From contig CAWADT010000013.1 in the NCBI GenBank assembly GCA_963780865.1, positions 246,491 through 310,490 of the forward strand: a stretch of 64,000 bases of DNA, written 5' to 3'. Positions within the stretch are counted from its first letter, which is position 1; every line of letters starts with the position of its first letter. The DNA comes from an uncultured Chloroflexia bacterium (GTDB lineage: Bacteria; Chloroflexota; Anaerolineae; Anaerolineales; RBG-16-64-43). The translations under genes were made by a program, and so were the position numbers. A model generated the notes under the pieces. That model was not told where the DNA came from, did no database searches, and saw only the letters and a list, made by a program, of their open reading frames with translations. Shown in pieces: positions 60,003-64,000 of the stretch.

Positions 60003-61058
60003 TTGAAGATCAACCAGGCTATTGATTCCTTCTTTTCTGAATTCCAATTCCCCTTGGAATCTAAAAACACCCGCCGGACGTATAAAACCGCTTTAACGAA
60101 ATTCTCTGAGTATGCAAAAGAATCTAATTTACTCTCAAGAGATCTTTTATCCATCGAGCCTTCCATTGTCAGCCTCTTTGGCGCCTGGTTGCTTTCCCAG
60201 GGTTTAACTGAATACACCCAGAATATATATGAAAGCGCTTTGAGACGAGCGCTCAATTATTGGCGAATAAAAGGATGGATTCAGTTTTCAAGCGATATTG
60301 AAAAAGAAACTAGATTGGCTATGCGAATTAGGTCGAAAAAGGGGAATTTCTCGGCCAGTTCGAGGGTTGGAAGGGTTCCGGAGGACTTTGGAGACCGAAT
60401 GGCGCAAGTGGCCGATTTAAATGCGTTACCAGAAAAAAGCCGCCTCCAACGGCTAAACGTTCTTCGCGCAAGGGCGCTCATCCATCTTCTCCGCGCTACC
60501 GGACTGCGCATCGGCGATGTTTGCCGTTTCACCAAATCCGATCTGCGCGATGCGAAATCCCGCGGAGGCTATTTCACCCTCCCGATGCAAAAGACGGGAA
60601 CGCTCGCGCATTGTTTTCTCGGGGAAGAAGCAATCCACAACCTTGAGTTTTATCTCAAGGAACGCTCCGATTCCTCCCCCTGGGTCTTTATCCAACATGG
60701 ACGCACGGGAAAGGTCCGGCCCGGCACAACCCAATTCTTCCGATCGACCGTCCGGGGATATGGCTCCAAACTCTCCCCGAAGACCGCTTGGGAGATTGTC
60801 CGCGCGATTGGTCACCAGGCCTATGGCCGGACGACGACGCAATTCATCTCCCCCCACGCTTTCCGCCATTGGCACGCGCAATCCCTGATCCACGCCGGCG
60901 CCCGCCTGGAAGACGTGCAATCGGTGTTGGGGCATGCCAATCCGGTCATTACCAAACAAATATACGCTCCGGAACCTGACCTCTCCAGAATCTCGGAAAA
61001 AGAGCGCATCCTCCAGAAGACCCGGCCAAAGATAAAAAAAAACATCGCCGGTGATTGA
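60003..61058 (+). CDS. Tyrosine recombinase (XerC/D-like)
   Basis: Complete catalytic set: TGLR, QKTG, HAFR, LGH, QIY; N-terminal core-binding domain 'SKNTRRTY'. Confidence 0.92.
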   Translation: MKINQAIDSFFSEFQFPLESKNTRRTYKTALTKFSEYAKESNLLSRDLLSIEPSIVSLFGAWLLSQGLTEYTQNIYESALRRALNYWRIKGWIQFSSDIEKETRLAMRIRSKKGNFSASSRVGRVPEDFGDRMAQVADLNALPEKSRLQRLNVLRARALIHLLRATGLRIGDVCRFTKSDLRDAKSRGGYFTLPMQKTGTLAHCFLGEEAIHNLEFYLKERSDSSPWVFIQHGRTGKVRPGTTQFFRSTVRGYGSKLSPKTAWEIVRAIGHQAYGRTTTQFISPHAFRHWHAQSLIHAGARLEDVQSVLGHANPVITKQIYAPEPDLSRISEKERILQKTRPKIKKNIAGD

Positions 61059-61091
61059 ACGCGACGAGGTGACGATCTAATGAATAAAAGC

Positions 61092-61168
61092 TGGGGTGGC
61101 TGACGGGGATTGAACCCGCAACAGCTGGATCCACAGTCCAGCGCTCTGCCAATTGAGCTACAGCCACC
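61092..61168 (-). tRNA. tRNA-His (anticodon GTG)
   Basis: G-1 encoded, GTGGCTG/CAGCCAC stem, loop CTGTGGA, C73 and CCA encoded. Confidence 0.96.
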
Positions 61169-61186
61169 GTGAGGGGGAAAATTCTA

Positions 61187-62467
61187 TCATTCGCCCGGAG
61201 ATCCGGCAAGCCTGCGTATGATTTCTTTCGATAATTCCGCCCGGTCGAACGTCGCTTGCTCCCTCCGGAGGAGATCCTTCAAGGTGGCCTTGCCTGACCG
61301 GATTTCATCCGGTCCTAAAATTACCGCCAGAGGGATTCCCAGAGCATCCGCATATTTCAATTGTTTGGGAAGCCGATCCGGCGCTGGGTACCACTCCGCG
61401 GCAATTCCAGCAGCCCGCAGTGATTGCGCGACTCCCATCGAGGCGGCCGCTTCCTGTTCGGAAAACGTGGTCACCAGCACATCGGCCGGGGCGATCCTGA
61501 GCGTCGGCTCCTTCCCGTTTTTTTTCAAGATCAACCCGATGACTACGTCGCCCATGGCAAACCCCACTCCGGGAATTTTCCCGCCCCCGACGTCGGCGAC
61601 CAAATTGTCGTAGCGCCCGCCGCCCAGCAACGCGCGAAATTCGCCGGCCGCATCCCGCCCCTCGAACACCGTCCCCGTGTAATAATCCAGCCCCCGGATT
61701 ACCGCCGGGTTGAATTCCACATAGTCCGAAATTCCAAAGGCTTTCACGGCGTCGAAGAAATCCACCAACTCGCGGGATTGCTTCCATAAATCCCGGTCGT
61801 CGAGTATTTTGGTTAATCCTTGAACCTGCCCGGCAGTCAATCCCGTTTCCCGGGCGAAGGCCTCCCATTCGGGCGGTTTCATTTTTTCCTTTTTATCTAT
61901 CATTCGGAAGGTCGCTCCGACCGCCTCCCCGCGGATGCCGATCGCCTCCAAGGCGGCATCCATCAGCCGCCGGTTATTCACTTGCAGTTTCACCTCGCGC
62001 GGGCTAAGCTCAACGGCATGGAAGAATTCGCACGCGACGGCCGCCAGTTCCGCGTCCGCCTGAGGATTCTCCACTCCCAGCAAATCGACGTTCCATTGGA
62101 AGAACTCGCGGGTACGCCCTTTCTGAGGCGTTTCATACCTCCAGAAAGGCCCAAACGACCACCAGCGGACGGGAAACGCGAGCTGATGGATTCGTTGGGC
62201 GACCATTCTGGCCAGGGAGGGAGTCAATTCCGGCCGCAGGGTGATCGGTTCGCCGCCTTTGTCGGGAAAAACGAAAGCCTGCTTCTTGACCAATTCCTCC
62301 CCGGATTTTGCGGAATACAGTTCCAAGGTTTCCAGAAACGGGGCATCGAACTCCTGATACCCGAATTTTCGCGAAACCCCGCGAATTTTCTCGTATAACC
62401 AGTTCCGGAAGGCCATTTCCGCCGGATAATAATCTCGTGTTCCTTTTACCGAAGAGGTGATTTTCAT
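61187..62467 (-). CDS. hisS: Histidine--tRNA ligase
   Basis: 'KGTRD', 'LRPELT', 'RYETPQKGRTREFFQ', 'RGLDYYTG', 'GGGRYD'. Confidence 0.97.
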   Translation of the reverse strand: MKITSSVKGTRDYYPAEMAFRNWLYEKIRGVSRKFGYQEFDAPFLETLELYSAKSGEELVKKQAFVFPDKGGEPITLRPELTPSLARMVAQRIHQLAFPVRWWSFGPFWRYETPQKGRTREFFQWNVDLLGVENPQADAELAAVACEFFHAVELSPREVKLQVNNRRLMDAALEAIGIRGEAVGATFRMIDKKEKMKPPEWEAFARETGLTAGQVQGLTKILDDRDLWKQSRELVDFFDAVKAFGISDYVEFNPAVIRGLDYYTGTVFEGRDAAGEFRALLGGGRYDNLVADVGGGKIPGVGFAMGDVVIGLILKKNGKEPTLRIAPADVLVTTFSEQEAAASMGVAQSLRAAGIAAEWYPAPDRLPKQLKYADALGIPLAVILGPDEIRSGKATLKDLLRREQATFDRAELSKEIIRRLAGSPGE

Positions 62468-62627
62468 TATGGCTCCCTGGATTCCCGACATCCTCGCCGC
62501 AGTTTGAGCGCTCACCCCCCGGTGAAAATAACTCGTCTCGTGATTATAAGGCAGGCCGGGCGTCACTGCGCGAGGGTATTGGCCGGCGGATTTTCTCCAC
62601 CCATTGCTTGTTTGCCCGCCGGTGGAT

Positions 62628-62656
62628 AAAAAAAAGCGACCAAGAACTTGGTCGCT
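62628..62656 (-). terminator. Intrinsic terminator after tRNA-Pro
   Basis: AGCGACCAAG/CTTGGTCGCT stem followed by a U-tract on the minus strand. Confidence 0.75.
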
Positions 62657-62658
62657 GC

Positions 62659-62736
<78 letters not shown>

Positions 62737-62779
62737 GAACTTCCATTATATTCGACGTTCCGGATCTTGACCAGACCCG

Positions 62780-63436
62780 TCAGGCGCTGTTGGCCAACCG
62801 AAAACCGTGGCCTCGAATCGTAAGAATGTATTCCCGGTCCGGATCCACTTCCTTCAACCGGTCGCGCAGCCGCCTCACCAGAGCGTCGATCGCCTGGTCG
62901 GTAATCCCCCCCGTGTCTTCCCCCGGCCAGACGGTTCCGATGATATCGTCGCGATTAACCAATCCACCGCTGCGCAAGACCAGCAACTCCAAAAAACGAT
63001 ATTGATGAATGGACAGTGGAGGATCGATGGCCTTCTCGTTGACCAGCACGCTATGGTCTCCGGGGTTCAGCCGGATCCGGCCTTGGCGGGGAGCCGATCC
63101 CTCGAAATCCAGGGGCATGGTGGAATCCGAGGCGACGTACAAAAAACTGGCGGCGAGCGCTACCTGGATGACATCCCCGTCCTTGATCTCGATCTCTTCC
63201 TCCACCGGCAGACCGTTGACGCAGGTTCCGTTCTTGCTGGCCAAGTCCTGCAGGAAGGTCCTTCCTCCGCGGCGGTCGATCTTGGCGTGCCGGCGGGACA
63301 CCTGCCGGTCGGAGATGACGACGCTGCATCCCTCTTCGCGTCCCATGGTGATTCCTTCCAATGGGATGGACCAACGGCGCCCTTGGACTGGGCCGGATTG
63401 ACCGATGAGAACGGGAGATTCTTCGGCAGAATTCAT
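62780..63436 (-). CDS. FHA domain + OmpR-type winged-helix transcriptional regulator
   Basis: FHA 'GR...VSRRHA...SKNGT'; wHTH 'IDALVRRLRDRL...ILTIRGHGF'. Confidence 0.9.
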   Translation of the reverse strand: MNSAEESPVLIGQSGPVQGRRWSIPLEGITMGREEGCSVVISDRQVSRRHAKIDRRGGRTFLQDLASKNGTCVNGLPVEEEIEIKDGDVIQVALAASFLYVASDSTMPLDFEGSAPRQGRIRLNPGDHSVLVNEKAIDPPLSIHQYRFLELLVLRSGGLVNRDDIIGTVWPGEDTGGITDQAIDALVRRLRDRLKEVDPDREYILTIRGHGFRLANSA

Positions 63437-63578
63437 GGGTTATAATTCTTTTATCCGCCGCCGTGACGCCGGGGTGTTCGGAAACACCCACACGGCGACG
63501 AAGACTTCTCTCAGAATTTCGATTCCCTCATCCATTATATGAAGTTTCCGGATTTGAGGAAACGAGCCCGTCGACCCT

Positions 63579-64000
63579 ATGCCCAAGCTGCTGAACGCAA
63601 ACCATTTATTAAAGAACCGGTACCGGATCCAATCCGTCATCGGCCACGGCGGGATGGGAGCCATTTATCTCGCCAATGACGAGCGGCTGTCGGGCCGTAA
63701 ATGCGCTCTTAAGGAAGTGGAGCAAGATCCCGGTCTTCCGGAGAAACTTCAGCAGGAAGCGCGCGATCAATTCTATCGGGAAGCCAGTATTTTGGCCCGT
63801 CTGGATCACCCGAACCTCCCCAAGGTGTCCGATTTCTTCTCTTCCGGTATCCGCGATTACCTGGTGATGGATTTCATCCCCGGACAAGATCTTCGAAGCA
63901 TCGTGGACGAAGCCAGGCAAACCGGAAACGCGATTCCCGAAACCGACATCCTCGGTTGGAGCGCGCAACTTTTCGACGCGCTGGAATACCTCCACAACCA
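63579..64000 (+). CDS. Hanks-type Ser/Thr protein kinase (3'-truncated by window edge)
   Basis: MPKLL...RYRIQSVIGHGGMGAIY...CALKE...FYREASILARLDHPNLPKV...YLVMDFIPG. Confidence 0.92.
   Translation, partial: MPKLLNANHLLKNRYRIQSVIGHGGMGAIYLANDERLSGRKCALKEVEQDPGLPEKLQQEARDQFYREASILARLDHPNLPKVSDFFSSGIRDYLVMDFIPGQDLRSIVDEARQTGNAIPETDILGWSAQLFDALEYLHN

Noticed and set aside
58950-61168. Prophage, genomic island or integron at tRNA-His
   Set aside because: No duplicated tRNA 3' end (att) seen to the left, no phage or conjugation genes, no attC-like cassettes. A decayed island cannot be fully excluded.

Overview
GC-rich bacterial chromosomal window. Gene content suggests Chloroflexota/Anaerolineae (inference only). 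It is mostly housekeeping: tadA-tadB-tadC-comF-hpf, ligA, rlmI-like, smpB-ssrA, hflX, selenocysteine-containing selD, thrC-apgM, dgt-greA, topA, dprA, relA/spoT, tal-rpiB, pfkA-fbaB, hisS and three tRNAs (Arg-TCG, His-GTG, Pro-GGG). Most notable observations: (1) a symmetric dif-like 11-6-11 site immediately upstream of a lone 351-aa tyrosine recombinase, a candidate single-recombinase Xer/dif system; (2) a five-gene cation-transport operon joining an unknown protein, a KimA-like APC permease, a Na+/K+-ATPase-like P-type pump and two TrkA/RCK proteins, with no TrkH/KtrB pore; (3) a dispersed ~100-bp palindromic element whose four clearest copies each overlap a gene's TGA stop in an AATGA context; (4) all five reading-frame lesions I found fall on the last base of a GANTC motif, suggesting a DNA-modification-driven sequencing artefact rather than pseudogenes; (5) a ~135-nt rod-like structured RNA candidate in the leader of an S1-domain gene. 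All calls come from manual reading; no searches were run.
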